61,492 bases of DNA, filler included, from Sphacelaria rigidula (GCA_964200075.2; 9 parts of 9 records of this genome joined end to end with filler, not necessarily neighbours in it); one strand, 5' to 3'; positions 1-13,001 are shown, counted from the whole stretch's first letter. Numbers and translations are program-made. The notes: generated by a model from the letters alone, not told the origin.

Positions 1-154
1 GGGATTGATTCGTCACGAGTCGACTCATCACACTAAAACAAGTCATTTTCATACGAATCAATATTTGTCCGACCCTTGAAAATGTTCACCCGTTCATTCA
101 TTCATTCACTCACTCATTTACTCATTCATTCATTCATTTTCGAAACCCGCGCAG

Positions 155-3100
155 GACATCAAATACTTTTACGACATCACGGATCGGGGGAACTTCAAGG
201 TCAACCCGGACTACAAGGGCGTGTGTCATGTCGCACTGGCACAAGAGGGACACACAAGGCCGGGGGAGGTAAAACAAAATAAGAGTGGAGTAAGGCGCGT
301 GGGATTTGACGGAAGAAATAGCGCTGCTGCTTCTCAGGGATCGTGCCCATGAATTTTCCTGAAGACCTTTGCCGCCAGAGAGTTGGTCATGTGGGTATTG
401 CAATCGTCAATCGTTTTCCTTCGAGTGAAAATGATCGTCGATTCTACGAACACATGACCCAATCTGGCGGTGGGAGGGTTGATGTCAAATCTTGACAAGA
501 CAAAATTTTGCCTGTAAGCGCTCTACCTTTGTTGATACTCTGTACTAGGTAGATTTGTTGTGAAGGCACCTGGGGCGTCGAAAAATAATTTGGAAACCTG
601 AGCGTATCACGATGATACTGGGGTGGATTGGTTGACGTTATCGTCGCCACTTATCTGCAGCTGTTGTCTTCGCCACTGTACTGAGCAACGTCAAAATTGC
701 GCGTTCTTCCTTTTTTGAAGGTCCTTGGTCCCTGGGATAGGTCATGTACTGCTTGGTCTGCAGTATGGGATGGACGATATCTTTCTTGTTCTTGATCGAC
801 GTCTCCCGTTGTACGACTGGTTACCCGCCCACCCCTCGAGGCATTGTGTCACCCGTGGCTGTCTCTGGAAGTTTTAGTACCAGACAATACAGCAACTCAT
901 TGCGTCCATATGGAAGATGATGAATACGCTACGGGCGGAACAATCTCAGCAGGATGCCAGTCACCCTTCATGAGACACGTGGAACACATCACGGCGCTTC
1001 GCGCTTGTTAGTTGGTGATTGATTGCGAGCCGGCCCGGCGAAAACCCGGCGTGCTCCGTCTCCGTCTCCGTCTCGGCGCGGCGATATGAGGTCAATGGTC
1101 AAATGACTACGGCATACAAGATCATGGGTGCCCCCCTCCCCCCCCCCCCCCCCACCCCCCCCACCCACACGCCCCACCACCAACAACTCCCCCACTAATA
1201 GCGCTAAAGAAAAGCTANNNNNNNNNNTTTCCTCCCCCACCCTCTTCCCATCTCCCTATGACGTCAAATGTCAAATGACCACGGAAAAAAAGATCATGGG
1301 TGCCCCCCCCCCCCCCCCCCCCCCACCCACACTCACATGAGCACATACATAAACACACACCTTCTGCCCCTTTACTTCCGCCCAGGTATTGTTCGGCACC
1401 GACTCGCACACGTGCAATGCGGGCGCGTTCGGGCAGTTCGCTACGGGAATTGGAAACACGGATGCTTCATTTGTTATGGGCACGGGCAAGCTTCTCATCA
1501 AGAGCCCTGCTTCTATGCAGTTCGCCCTGGAGGGAGAAATGCCGGATCACCTCCTAGCCAAGGTGTGCAGTGTGCAATTCATGATGTGCAGTCCAGGACC
1601 CACCATAGAGTACTAGACTACTGCTGGTGTGCGCCTCGAAATTTATATATTTGAATCTTACCCGAGTGAGGAGATCCCCCTTTTTTTCTCGTTCTATCTG
1701 GGGGGAGTAGATTCCATGGATGATTTGCAGGAAGTAGTGGGGAAAGTCTGCGCCTTGGAGTGGTGTGAGGATCATAATCGCGTTGCTCAAAGGATGGCAG
1801 TGCAGATGGATATATATTGCCAGCGTTGATGAAAATTTTCCAAGGGTAGGTCGGGTAGGGTAGACCCCGTACCCGAGCATTGTCGAAAGTGGCACTGTTC
1901 GGTATATAATTGAAACCACGCCCAATTCTACCCTAAATTCGGGTAGAGTATTGAGATCATACCCAAGTGATAATCTATATACCCGGATATGCTCTAAATC
2001 ACTTTTACCCAATTTTTGGGTAGGGTACGGAGATCATACCCAAACGCCCAATTTCAGGGTAGTGTGTTGAGATTGTTCCCAATTCACCCAACTCTTGTCC
2101 AGAGGGAGTACTCGGGTATGATGCCTAGGTAATCAGGAATACATACCCTACCCGACCGGCCCGTGAAAAATCCATCAAAATTGTGAGTTATCCTGCGAAC
2201 GTATTAGCTAAGGTATACAGTGGAAACTGCGATGTCCTACGTGAGTCAAACGCGGTATAATTGGGTAAACCGATTAGGGTATGATAAACCCTTTCGCGGA
2301 TCCTTACCCTCGTTATCAGTCGGGGCAGCGTCATTAGCAAAGGGCGTATTTGGCGCGGCCCTGTGACGCGGTATAGGGCTTTTTGTATTGATGGAACCAT
2401 GCCTTAACATATGTCATCCAGATATGCTTCTTGGGAAAGATGTCACGACATAGTAACGTCGTTAACTCTTGGAGCGCCCGAAGTCCCAACCACGGCCTTT
2501 TGTTCCGAAATGATAACCCGGCCTCACAGTTCCGCAGACAGTCGGAGTATGACAATTATATGCGTCACTGGCTCTCTCATGGCCCTCGGGCGCTGCATCA
2601 AACAAGAGAAGAACGTGTTTTTCGGAGGGAGTTTTGGGGAGGAGGGGGCTTACTTACTGTTGCTTGCTTGACAATTGACAACGCATCCCTTTCGAAACGA
2701 AGTCTTTTGGGGGGGAGGGGGGGGAGGGGGGGGAAGGGTGGGGGGCGGGCGGGTATGAGTATAGAAGAAACGTATTTATGGTTGAGCTGTGGCGGGTTGG
2801 AAATATTGAGGCGTCCGTATCACACAGCGTGTCACTTGCAGCTGTATCAGCTCAAGACTCAGCGGCACAACGACCGCACCGGCGACGCCTCCGTACCCTT
2901 GAGACATTGCTGTTCTGTTCTCTGCTGTACCGACTATGACCCAGATATGGGCATGGCAACGACCAATCGGGCCACTACCCCCTGCTTTTATGTGTAGGTG
3001 TCCTGTGTTTTGTCAGAGCGACTCTTCCGAACCCCGACCAATAGCCAGGCCAACAAATGAGCGATATAGTCTATGTTAGGTCAACGTCCGGCCGAAAATT

Positions 3101-6100
3101 CGCAGAAGATCCCAAGTGGTGGTGGGAGGGTTGTCTAGCCGATTCTCAGCAGTTTTAGGAGTGCGCGAATAGGTTATCTTTCGAGTCGTGACCCTGTAGT
3201 TCGACGCTTGGGCGGCAGGACATTATTTTGCAAATAATCGGAGACATCGGCGTGGCGGGAGCGACGTACAGGTCTATGGAGTTTGCAGGTTCTGGTCTAG
3301 GACAGCTGTCCATGGAGGAGCGCCAGACGTTGTGAGTCTAGTGTTAAGTACTGCCATGGTTGGAGCTATGGTTGTTGTTGTAGACAAGATACGCTGTGTA
3401 CGGTTGGTTACTTTCAGTTTAATTGATTCGTACCGTACGAACCAACCCTTGGGCTTCCTTTTCAGCATGCACCCCGCGTACGCTCACCCCCGTCACGTGG
3501 AACAGACCTGTCTGACCCGCGGTCAACGTTCTCTCGTTGAGAAATCAGGCCTCATAAAGAGTAGATTTGGCGATTTGAAGCAGCGATGATTCGGTTGTGT
3601 CCAGTTTGTCGCCTTGACGCTCTCCCTGCTCATGTTCGTGACCTATCATATCATATGTACATCTATCATTTCACATTTTTTACCACTTTTGCCGAGTTTT
3701 CTCCGGCGGGGAGGCATTGTTGCCCGCGCTTTCTTCTGCAGTGCACCAGGAAGGCTTAGCGGTACATTGCTGTTCAGGTCTGGATGCCATCTGATACCTG
3801 TGACGCGTGTTTTGGCCACGGAAAGTCGCTCAAACTGGCCTTTTTCGCGGGGTGTTCGATCCCGAATTACAAAAGTCTGTGGAAGATCATGAAAAACTTG
3901 GAACATGATCACTTTTGGTGGGTATTTTCCCCCCATGCTTCTCTTTTTCGCGTTCTCGTTCATTTGGGATCATGAACACGCCGGTTATGCCGTCGATGTC
4001 ACGAAAACATGAGAGCAAAGCAGTGGAAAATAATTGAACATGACCGTGGCCTTAGTCAGCAGCAAACACAAGACCGTTCAATGGGCCGTTGGCGAGTTGA
4101 ACAAGGCACAGCAGCATGGTAGCACAGGAATGTTTTGCCGCAAAAACTACCACCCTGTTTCAACCCTTTTGGAACCCACTGGTGATTCTTGTTTTGTGAA
4201 TCGGCATCATTTTGACTTGAAAATGACTGAAGGCCTCAATTTGTGCATTAAATAAGTCTGCTGAGGCTCATTTCAAGATTGAGACTCAGCTTGCGTGCTC
4301 GGCTGTCGAATTGACTGGGTGAGGTCGCGCACGCTAAGCATATGCAACCACATATGATGATATCCACACGATTCAGGCACGATATGCTGTGCAGCAAGTA
4401 TATACGATTGGCGGGATTTCTGACTTGAGGGATTGATTGCCCGGACGTGGTATGCAGTGCACGTTTGCGACCGATCTCACTTTAAGGGCAGTCTTGTCCT
4501 ATTTACAAGCAATAGAGGTGGGTATGCGAATTTCACGTGCGAGCACGTTTTGTATGACGTATACCTATGTACCCCTGCAATGTTATGTACCTCCGTGAAA
4601 GTTTTTGTATTAGCAGCAAGTATTATTTGCATGTCATCTTTGGCAGTCCCGAGGTCCGAGTTTGAAATAACCCGATTTTCACGTGAAAAAAATGGCGTTG
4701 CAGGTGCAACATGGCGATTGAGGCGGGCGGGAAGAACGGAGTGATCCCTGCGGATGACGTCACCACAGCCTACGTGGATGCTAGAAATGCCGGAAATAAG
4801 CCTTATGAGATCTTCCGGGCCGATGCTAATGTCAGTGGTTGCTCACCCATAGAGAAAATAAATAGTATACGGTTGAATTGTTGCAGGCAATTAAGTAGTG
4901 CGAGCTGTCGATGCAGTCAGTGGAGTTTACCCCCAGTTGGATGCCGATGACCCATGGTTGAGTATATACATGAATATATACTTCCTCTGTCCCATAAGTA
5001 AAGGTACAATACCTAAATTGGTACGGGCCCTCAACGATGTCCGATTTTTTTTTTGTATGAACTTTACGGTGTTTTTCGTGTTAAGAAAATGTGTTGAAAA
5101 TTTGCAGCTCGTGCTTGAACCACGCCGCCGAACGGCTGCAAAAAAGTAGTTGGCCGTTTTTTGCCCCTTTCCAAGGAAGTCCCACGCGATTGAAAAAAAA
5201 ATCGACAATTTCTGCCCCCTCGGAATGGGGCCAAAAACGGCCAACTACTTTTTTTGCAGCCGTTCGGCGGCGTGGTTCAAGCACGAGCTGCAAATTTTAA
5301 ACACATTTTCTTAACCCGAAAAACACCGTAGACTTCACGAAGAAAAAAAATCGGACATCGTTAAGGGCCCGTACAAATTTAGGTACCTTTACTTATGGGA
5401 CAGAGGAAGCGTATATATATATATATATATAGATATATATCTGATGTTGTGTTCTGTAGGGTACGAGTGTGTTCGGCAGGGTATGATACTTCATACGGAA
5501 CTTGAAGAACTGTCGGGTACGGGTATGGAAGTCTTTCAGAACTTTCAGAACCTGTCGGGCACGCCATGGATGTTGGACAGAGACCCTTGCCCGGAATCGG
5601 GTATGTATATCGACAGAGGGTTTACCCGTACGCAGGATAAAGGTAAAATAGTTTGTACAGAAGTCACAGAACTGTCGGTTACCGGTATAGAAGGCTTACA
5701 AATCTCTCAGAGCCGTCGGGTACAGGCAATACCCGGGTAAATACCTTGGGTATACAAGAAAAAAATGGTACCGTTCAGACCGCAATCCTTGTAGTGTAGA
5801 GCATCATGTTCGGGTATATTCTAGAACTGACAGTCTCGAGCGCTCGTCCAGGGTGCGCGTAGCGTTTGCAAGACGAATTTTGGCTCAAATCGGCGCCTTG
5901 AGCAACTATTTTCACCAAAACGAAAGACACTTTGCCCAGGACTCTCTATGCACCTCCCTGGCCCGATGAATCTTGGTTTTCCCTAGGTTGCGGTTAGGGT
6001 TGGGGTCAGGGTTAGCGTTGCGTTTCGAGGAAGAAACGAAAGTATACTTCTCTATCAACCTTCGCTCGTTTGCGCGGAGCTAGGGTATGCCCGCCCCCAT

Positions 6101-6605
6101 TGGTGTGTGACGTAGCAATCGCAGGTCAAATATTTCCCGTATCGTTTCCTCATCTGAACTTCGTCCACCTCAGTAGAATCGTCATCGTCACAGTTATTGA
6201 TAGTTGAAAAAAAGCACGAGCTTCTTCCGCCCCCTGACTGTGTGTGTGTGTGTGTACATTTTTTTCTTCTTTTCGAAAGTTGATTTTCGTGTTTCTAGTC
6301 TGCGTTCAAGAAAGCGAAGGACGCTTCAAACATTTTGTGGCCCCCGATCCGTCATCCTCCGCCGCAAAATCTAATTTTTTTCCTCTCGTTTTTTTTCTTT
6401 TTTCTCACAGGCCAAATACTACTCACAGCAGAGCTACGATCTAGGTAGCCTTGAACCGGTGGTCGCTAAGCCTCACTCCCCAGACAACAAGGCGTTGGCC
6501 AAGGACTGCAGGGACACGAAGATAGACCGTGTATACATCGGTTCGTGTACGGGAGGGAAGACGGAAGACTTTGCCGCCGCCGCTCGCATTCTCCAGAACA
6601 AGAAG
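155..6605 (+). CDS. leuC: 3-isopropylmalate dehydratase large subunit (aconitase family, plant/algal type), partial multi-exon gene
   Basis: Five AG/GT-bounded, phase-compatible exons: 155-268 ([38 protein letters not shown]), 1386-1562 ([26 protein letters not shown]...LLAK), 3219-3331 ([22 protein letters not shown]...EERQTL), 4704-4830 ([17 protein letters not shown]...), 6411-6605 (...[13 protein letters not shown]...[17 protein letters not shown]). The GTDSHT and IGSCTGG motifs are aconitase-family hallmarks. N- and C-terminal exons lie outside the contig. Confidence 0.96.
960..1342 (-). repeat. Unclassified dispersed repeat (G-run + CATGATCATGCATGCCATAGTCAT...CCATTGAC core + GC-rich GGAGCACGCCGGGTTTTCGCCG segment)
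   Basis: Related segments at about 12915-12955, 13480-13588, 19260-19325 plus 19826-19960, and 34221-34290. This copy contains a 10-N gap. Confidence 0.75.
1821..2183. mobile_element. Degenerate TIR element (MITE) in leuC intron
   Basis: Left end CAGCGTTGATGAAAATTTTCCAAGGGTAGGTCGGGTAGGGTA matches the reverse complement of the right end (CAATTTTGATGGATTTTTCACGGGCCGGTCGGGTAGGGTA). Internal TACCC/GGGTA subrepeats. Related fragment at about 9745-9870. No clear TSD. Confidence 0.6.
4981..5409. mobile_element. Stowaway-like (Tc1/mariner) fold-back MITE
   Basis: TA|CTTCCTCTGTCCCATAAGTAAAGGTAC ... GTACCTTTACTTATGGGACAGAGGAAG. Inverted arms of about 190 bp around a short spacer. The terminus resembles the plant Stowaway CTCCCTCCGTCCC consensus. 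Confidence 0.85.
5442..5791 (+). mobile_element. CAAGG-TIR element with internal ACAGAACT..TCGGGTA subrepeats (degenerate copy)
   Basis: Same family as 37936-38537, 44494-45073 and about 45720-46269. Ends TGATGTTGTGTTCTGTAGGGTACG and ...CAATCCTTG. Confidence 0.75.
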
Positions 6606-6678
6606 GTGTGATACGGTGCAGTCAGTGCCTCATCGTGTACGTACTCTTGTTACTATTGCTATCTTTGTTTTCGCGCAT

Positions 6679-6744
6679 GACAGTGTTTTCTTGAGATTGA
6701 GAGCAGATGATACGATTGGGAGTGAAAAGCGGTCAATCAGTGAA
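6679..6744 (-). mobile_element. AACAATG-type MITE, truncated by contig end
   Basis: GACAGTGTTTTCTTGAGATTGAGAGCAGATGATACGATTG matches the reverse-complemented right end of the 31431-31730 copy. Confidence 0.75.
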
Positions 6745-6844
6745 NNNNNNNNNNNNNNNNNNNNNNNNNNNNNNNNNNNNNNNNNNNNTTAATTAATTAA
6801 NNNNNNNNNNNNNNNNNNNNNNNNNNNNNNNNNNNNNNNNNNNN
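6745..6844. other. Artificial contig spacer
   Basis: 44 N + TTAATTAATTAA (stops in all six frames) + 44 N. Confidence 0.99.
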
Positions 6845-7640
6845 GGCCACCCGTGGTCTCGTGATAGAAATACCCAAAAAAACGAAACTGAAAAACGCTC
6901 TGAGGAAAAAAAGGATCAGAAAAAAAAAAAAAAAGTCGAACGGAACGACATAGCAGACGAAGTCGTGACAAAAAAAAAGGTAATAAAAAGTCAACACAAG
7001 CAAAGCACAGAAAGAAATGGTCAAACGAGAAAAAAGGGAAAAGAAGAGGAAAGTCCAGAGCAAATAAAATAAAATACAATAAAACGATGAAAAACAAAAA
7101 CAAAAAGGCCCAAGGGGTTCAGGGCAGCAGCGTAGATACAGACACACACCAGTGATTACGAGGGAAGTATAGTGTACGAGTTATGAGGATGCACAGGTTG
7201 TTGTTGACGTTTCGAGTGCACCTGGTTCGGATTATATAGGTGTGCCGATGGAGGTGATGTACGGATAAACAGAGTATACAATCACCCATGACAGGTTTGT
7301 ACGAATACTCGGGTCATAGAGATCACCATCAGGCAGACTTGTACAAATCACACGGGTCATACAGATCATTCATCACGCGATGTGTGCAGAGCAACCAGGT
7401 TCTTCAGGTCATCACGCGAGAAATGTGTATAGGTTAAACGCGTCTTACGGGAACAGATCAATCACAGATCGCAGTGGTCATACGGCTGATCGTCGAGCAG
7501 GCTTGCAGGAGGTACCCGTGCTTCATTAACGCCGGCAACGTACACGTCGATGACTCTTCTCCGGCGACGTTTCGTCAGACGTTGGCCGAACAACGTCATG
7601 ATGAGTCAATTGAGCAGTGCTGCATCTTGTTTCTTCCTTT

Positions 7641-8087
7641 AAACAGCCGATCATCCCTTTTGAGGATAAAGCTTTTCTTTGAAGATAATAACCCGGAAAA
7701 TTCAAATCTTCGCACCCACACCAATTCTTCCATATATGGTTCCATTCCTTCATCTGCTCGTAGCTATTATTGACAACTACTGCACGCCATAAAATTTGGA
7801 TTCCGATGTCCGAACTTCGGGGGTCCTAGGTGAAAAACAATTCTCGGGAGTTTGGGTGACCTGGCCGCATCACTTCAATTCCCAACATTTTCTTCTTCAT
7901 CTATGACCCCCAAATTTCGGTTATCGGAATCCAAATTTTCATGACGTGGAGTAGCTGTCAATAGCTACCAGGAGATGAAGAAATGGAACTATATCTCGAA
8001 GAATTGGTGTGGGTGTGAAGACTTTCATTTTTCGGATTGTCATCCTCAATTGAATTCTCCATCCTCGAAATGGATGATCGGCTGTTT
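7641..8087. mobile_element. Fold-back element / long inverted repeat
   Basis: About 7641-7830 is the imperfect reverse complement of about 7900-8087 (AAACAGCCGATCATCC ... GGATGATCGGCTGTTT; AAAATTTGGATTCCGAT ... ATCGGAATCCAAATTTT). Confidence 0.8.
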
Positions 8088-8360
8088 TTTCACGCCGCGC
8101 AGGAGTGTGCACCCTCATCGAGGAAATACGAAAACAGTCCTCTGTGCTGCCCCTGGCATGTGTGCGCTGTGCACTATCGGATACTCCGACATTGCACAGC
8201 TTCAAAGCAAAATGTGCACCCCTCCCGTGGAACCACTCGGAATAAATTCAGGGCGTCCGCATCAGATGCCCAGTACAGAGTACTGCGCAGATATCGGAGC
8301 GGTTTCTAGTGTGAAGACATAATCGACAACGACAACAACAACAACAACAACGACGACGAC

Positions 8361-8607
8361 GACTTATCGTTACACATCACAAAAATCGTTACACGCCAAG
8401 GATAAGCGTCGGGTCAGGCTAGAACCACCGTGGGGGACAGCGTGGGGAGCCCTGTTCAAAGTCAAGTAAAATCAGGGCTCCCCAAGTGGTCGCCTACCGT
8501 TGTACGTGGTCCCCCACCGTAGTACGTGGTCCCCCACCGTAGTACTAGCCTGGCCCGACGCCTAACTTTTGGCGTGCGACAAATTTTGTGACGTGTAAGG
8601 ATAAGTG
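8361..8607. mobile_element. MITE with (C)ACTTATCCTTACACGTCAC TIRs and an internal 20-bp tandem repeat
   Basis: Left ACTTATCGTTACACATCACAAAA, right TTTTGTGACGTGTAAGGATAAGTG. GTACGTGGTCCCCCACCGTA occurs twice internally. It sits next to a (CAA)n/(CGA)n microsatellite. Confidence 0.8.
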
Positions 8608-8614
8608 CCCTGCG

Positions 8615-8945
8615 ATGAATATACCTACTCCATGTGCCCGGCTGCTACAGTCAACCTACGGACTTGTGAACATGCACATCGTACCTGGGCCATACAGGTC
8701 GTTAGCAGGTGAGGAGTACTGAATACTGTTCATTTAGAGTTGATTCGGATGCTCCGACAGTGCACAGTTTCAGGAAAACATGTGCAGACCTAATGTGGAT
8801 CCACTCGGAATGAATACACATACTTCATGTTCCATGTGCCGGGCTGCTACAGTCGACCTACGGACTTGTGAGCATGCGTTGTACGCGGGCCATACAGGTC
8901 AGCAGGTGAGGAATACTGAATACTGTTTGTAAACTCGATCCGGAT
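8615..8945. repeat. Degenerate tandem duplication, unit about 195 bp
   Basis: ATGAATA..CCATGTGCC.GGCTGCTACAGTC.ACCTACGGACTTGTGA...GGGCCATACAGGTC...AGCAGGTGAGGA.TACTGAATACTGTT starts near 8615 and again near 8810. Confidence 0.8.
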
Positions 8946-9220
8946 CTTACGGGTGCGAGAAACTGTTTCTTGTATACTATATTCGGATTCCACGGTAAGG
9001 GGTAGCTTTTGGTATACATGGGATTTAAATCGCGCGGGTCGACGACGAGCTCCTGCGTTTGCCCGAGCCGAGTCATGTGAATGACAACTATGTGATGTTG
9101 TAAATATGACACAGTTCTGCAAATCAGTTGTACTCGCAAGTGTGTGTGATTCGGGTCGTATAGCTCGTCGCTCGGCAAATAAATGTGTACGGGTCAAGCG
9201 GGTCCTACAGATCACCATTG

Positions 9221-9643
9221 AACAATGGATTTCCGAAAAAGGGGTTGAAAAAACAAATGAGGTTTAACTCAAAAGCCGTGCTTCCCCTGACCTAAATTCA
9301 TGAGAAATGGCTTTCATTCAGACGACCTCATCCTTCCCGATCTCACAAAACTTATTTCGGGGGGTTCCCAGCCGGCCGTTCCCCCAAACGGTGTATGCGG
9401 ACGGACTCTTTTGCCTCGATTTTGGGATTGAAAAATGACGTTTTTTTGCCCAGAAGTCGTGCTTTCGCAGATACCCTCTGGGGGAACGGAAGGCTAGGAA
9501 CCCCCCGAAATAGTTATAGGGCGGTCGGGAAGGATGAGGTCGTCCATATGAAAGTCATTTGTCATGAATTTAGGTCAGGGAAAGCACGGCTTTTGAGTTG
9601 AACCTCACTTTATTTTTCAACCCCATTTTCGAAATCCATTGTT
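9221..9643. mobile_element. Fold-back MITE with AACAATG termini and a 4-bp TSD
   Basis: ATTG|AACAATGGATTTC ... GAAATCCATTGTT|ATCG. Inverted arms of about 175 bp. Confidence 0.88.
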
Positions 9644-11044
9644 ATCGGACAAGCGTGCACGGGTGACAGCACACCTCGGGCAGATCACGATCTATATCCC
9701 AACTGAGCTGACCCGGATCTGTCACGAGCTGACCTGTCCGACGTGTGAAAGTATTGACATCATACCCAACTCTACCCAATATTTGGGTAGAGTATTGAGG
9801 TCGTACCCAATCTATACACTACTTCTGTAGAGTAAATACTCGTGAATTTTACCCGGGTATTCAAAAGTACATGATCTACCAGACAAGTCGGTCGTAACTT
9901 AGATTTGTATTAGCGGTTGTGAAAACCCCGTTCTCGCGCGTCTATTGCTCCTGCACACAACATCAACTACATCAATCTTCGTTTCGGTAACGTGTGGTCC
10001 GCATTGGCGCTCAGGTTTTACTCCTCCTCCCCATCAACTCAAATGCACGAAAGAAGATGGTGGGCGCTCTGCGCTGAAACCTGAAATCTGGCCACAATCC
10101 CGAGTTTTCATGTGCGGAGTGATGAAACTATGAATACATCCGTTGTTTTGCCGATGGTTAGTATCCACCCTCACAGACAACGTAGTCTGTGAAACGACGT
10201 CATGAGGTCACCAACGGTCAGGGTTAAATGAGATTACTTGGCAAACGTTTGGGTGGAGTATTGAAATCGTGCGTATATTATCCACTAATTGAGCAAAGTA
10301 TTGATATCAAACCCAACCCAACACAATGAAGTGAGGCAGCACACTGCTCTGGCATACACCGGCAGCATAGGACACATACATGGAGAGAAAGGCGGGGGCA
10401 AGGGAGAGCAGAGAAGAACAAGACTACAGAAGTGATGAAGCCCAAAGAATCCAGGACAGCAGAGCAGATACAGGCACACACCAGGGGGCACCGTAGAACC
10501 TTCGACTAAGGACACAATCAACAACCGGATAAGGGCAGGCAAGATTCTACGATTGGCGGCTCTCGACGCAGTAGCCTCTCGTTTGTGACGGCGGTCCGAT
10601 TCTCGTTTGTTGTCGCGTCGCCACATGTCCTCGAACTCTTCCCACTATCATTTATATTTGTTTTATCTTCTCGTGTTTCTTTTCATTATGTAACTATTTG
10701 GCATTACTAATCATTCAAGTTGAAGAATAACAACAGTTGTCATGGTAAGACTAACAGCAATAATGGTGATGATGATGATGATGATGATGATGATCAATGC
10801 CAAGATAAAAATCAACAGCAACAACAAGCTTGCTTCTTGCAAGACGCCTGTCCGGAGCCCCGATTGGGGCCTATCGTTACCTTTGTCTTCCGTCTTCTTC
10901 AGTTGATGCATTCACTTTCCTGCCCTAGCCGCCTTTTTCGCGAATGGTCTTGCCAATATACCATACCGGCGTCTGCCTTGCGTCCCGGCTGAAGTCATAG
11001 TCAATCACTTCGTATGAGGCAACACCCCCCGCCCCCAACCAATC

Positions 11045-11305
11045 AAAATATTATTATTACCATCATTATTAATACATAAATAATATTATGGCCATAATCA
11101 TAGTTGTTATTATTATTACTAATACTACGATTGTTATTATCGTTATTACGTTATCATCATTGTTATATTTGTTTTGTTGCCATCATTGTCATTACTAATA
11201 CTATTATTACTATTACTACTTTTACTGTAATTACTATTACTATTACTACTACTGTTATTACAATCGTCATCACTGTTATTTCTATAAGTGCTATTATTAT
11301 TTCAT
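11045..11305. repeat. AT-rich degenerate trinucleotide microsatellite (ATT/ACT)n
   Basis: Low-complexity ATTATTACT run. It explains the spurious I/T-rich ORF 11104-11352. Confidence 0.9.
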
Positions 11306-11549
11306 TTCCGCCACATGAGCTCAATCTCTCGAACCCGTGGGCAGCAACCTGACAATACCGATTTTTTCAAGGTACAGATCATACCCAACCACAGACGCGG
11401 ACATAGGGCCCACTCACGTGCCTGAACGCAAACGAGATCCACACACACACCAATGCACCACATTTGCTCCTTTACTTAATGACGATGCCCATGGTTGGGA
11501 GTGCACAATGCGTTGGATTTTCGATTTATTCTTTACGGTAAATACTTGC

Positions 11550-11850
11550 TGCCGCGCCCCGGTGGTCCACAATGTTCAAAGTGAAACTGGAACCATCAAG
11601 TTGAAAGACCGTGGCTAGAACTCTCGCCAGACGCACTTCGTGTTTTCATGAAGAGTACATGATTTCCGTCGTTAAAAACGTGAGAACGTTAGTGGCAACA
11701 GGAGTTATGTGGCGATAGTCGACACGGTGCAGGAGTTCTGGTCATGATCCAATCTGCGAAACCAAAGTACAAGGCGTGTACCGGGGGAGGTATGGGTCGA
11801 TCCTTTGAGGCCACGGACTCGCCCCGAGGAAGTGAAGGGCTGTCAAAACA
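11550..11850 (+). mobile_element. tRNA-derived SINE family B, degenerate copy
   Basis: Head TGCCGCGCCCCGGTGGTCC and body GTCATGATCCAATCTGCGAAACCAAAGTACAAGGCGTGTACCGGGG...CCACGGACTCGCCCCGAGGAAG match 50301-50590. A further diverged body fragment lies at about 12630-12750. Confidence 0.65.
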
Positions 11851-12888
11851 GTACGATAATTGTTTAAGAGAAACAAAATACAGATAGTACTTGTAGCACG
11901 CACTTAAATTACACAGAACTTGAACGTGACTTCAACAGCAGCCTGCGGCTGAGGGACATTACCCCAACTGAAAATTATGCGCTGAACTCCCTCTCACCTG
12001 CAACTACAAAATGCATTCTTTTCACAGAAAAGGGGTTGAAATTGCGCAAATAAAGAATATACGTACATGTGTATACGCTTATCTTTTTCACCTTCTCGCA
12101 ATGACTCATCCCCCGAAAATGAATGCGGGGGGCGCGCTACCGTAGGGGTGAGCAGTAAAGGTAAGGGTCGTTGTGCACCTGGCCGAGCAACGTTACGGGT
12201 CTGGTCAATAACCCTTCTTGCACCCTCCTGGCTGCTGCTTCCAACGCCTTTAGCTCCATGTGTGCTCCAACAAGAAAATCGCTGCTATCCTGAGACATTC
12301 CCTACACTCAGGAACAACGCGCGTAAGTGGAGGCGGGGACGTTGCATTTCACATTCGCACGTAGTGGTCGTGCAATCTCTTAAAATCTACTTCGAATATC
12401 GATGCATCGCTGCGAGAGAGAGGATCAATATTGATTATCGATGTACCAGGTACACGGCCCTCCGATACGTACCGGGTACACGACCCTCCGAACCCCTGCG
12501 ATCAAGCCGACATCGACATTGTTTCGGGTGGATTTTTCCGGTTCCCGTGGTGCAAAAAACATGAGAGAGGGTCGAGACAGTGGAAGCCTAATAATAAGGG
12601 GAAAATTCCGATAAAGGTTGGCGGGCTGCGGGAGTGGTCATGACCCAGCTCTCGACAGTAAGGTGCCAAGGAAGGTACCGGGGAATAAATGGGGTTAGTC
12701 CTTCGAGACTCCGGAATCGCCTTGAGGATGTTGGGGCTAGAGGCAAACGGAGGTGAAGATAAGAGTTGCGGCGAAAAAAACCCGGCATGCGCACCTAACA
12801 TAAGGGGAGTAATGTTGGTGTGAGAGGAACCTTTGAGGCCTGTTTAGATGTCTTCGCCGAGGTGGACCAAGTTGACCAAGCTGATGAT

Positions 12889-13001
12889 GAAGAAGACAAA
12901 CGGTCGGAGGGTGTAGTCATGATCATGCATGCCATAGTCATAAGACCATTGACTACGGCATGCATGATCATGACTACACCCTCCGACCGTTTGTCTTCTT
13001 C
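12889..13001. repeat. Near-perfect hairpin (52-bp stem, 9-nt loop)
   Basis: GAAGAAGACAAACGGTCGGAGGGTGTAGTCATGATCATGCATGCCATAGTCA-TAAGACCAT-TGACTACGGCATGCATGATCATGACTACACCCTCCGACCGTTTGTCTTCTTC, one mismatch. Confidence 0.92.

Noticed and set aside
5983..6022. Telomere (TTAGGG-like tract; also 32531-32557)
   Set aside because: Only a few degenerate internal units, one set inside an intron; not a chromosome end.
10482..10645. Possible minus-strand exon WEEFEDMWRRDNKRESDRRHKREA...
   Set aside because: No partner exons or recognisable family; it could be a decayed LINE 3' fragment.
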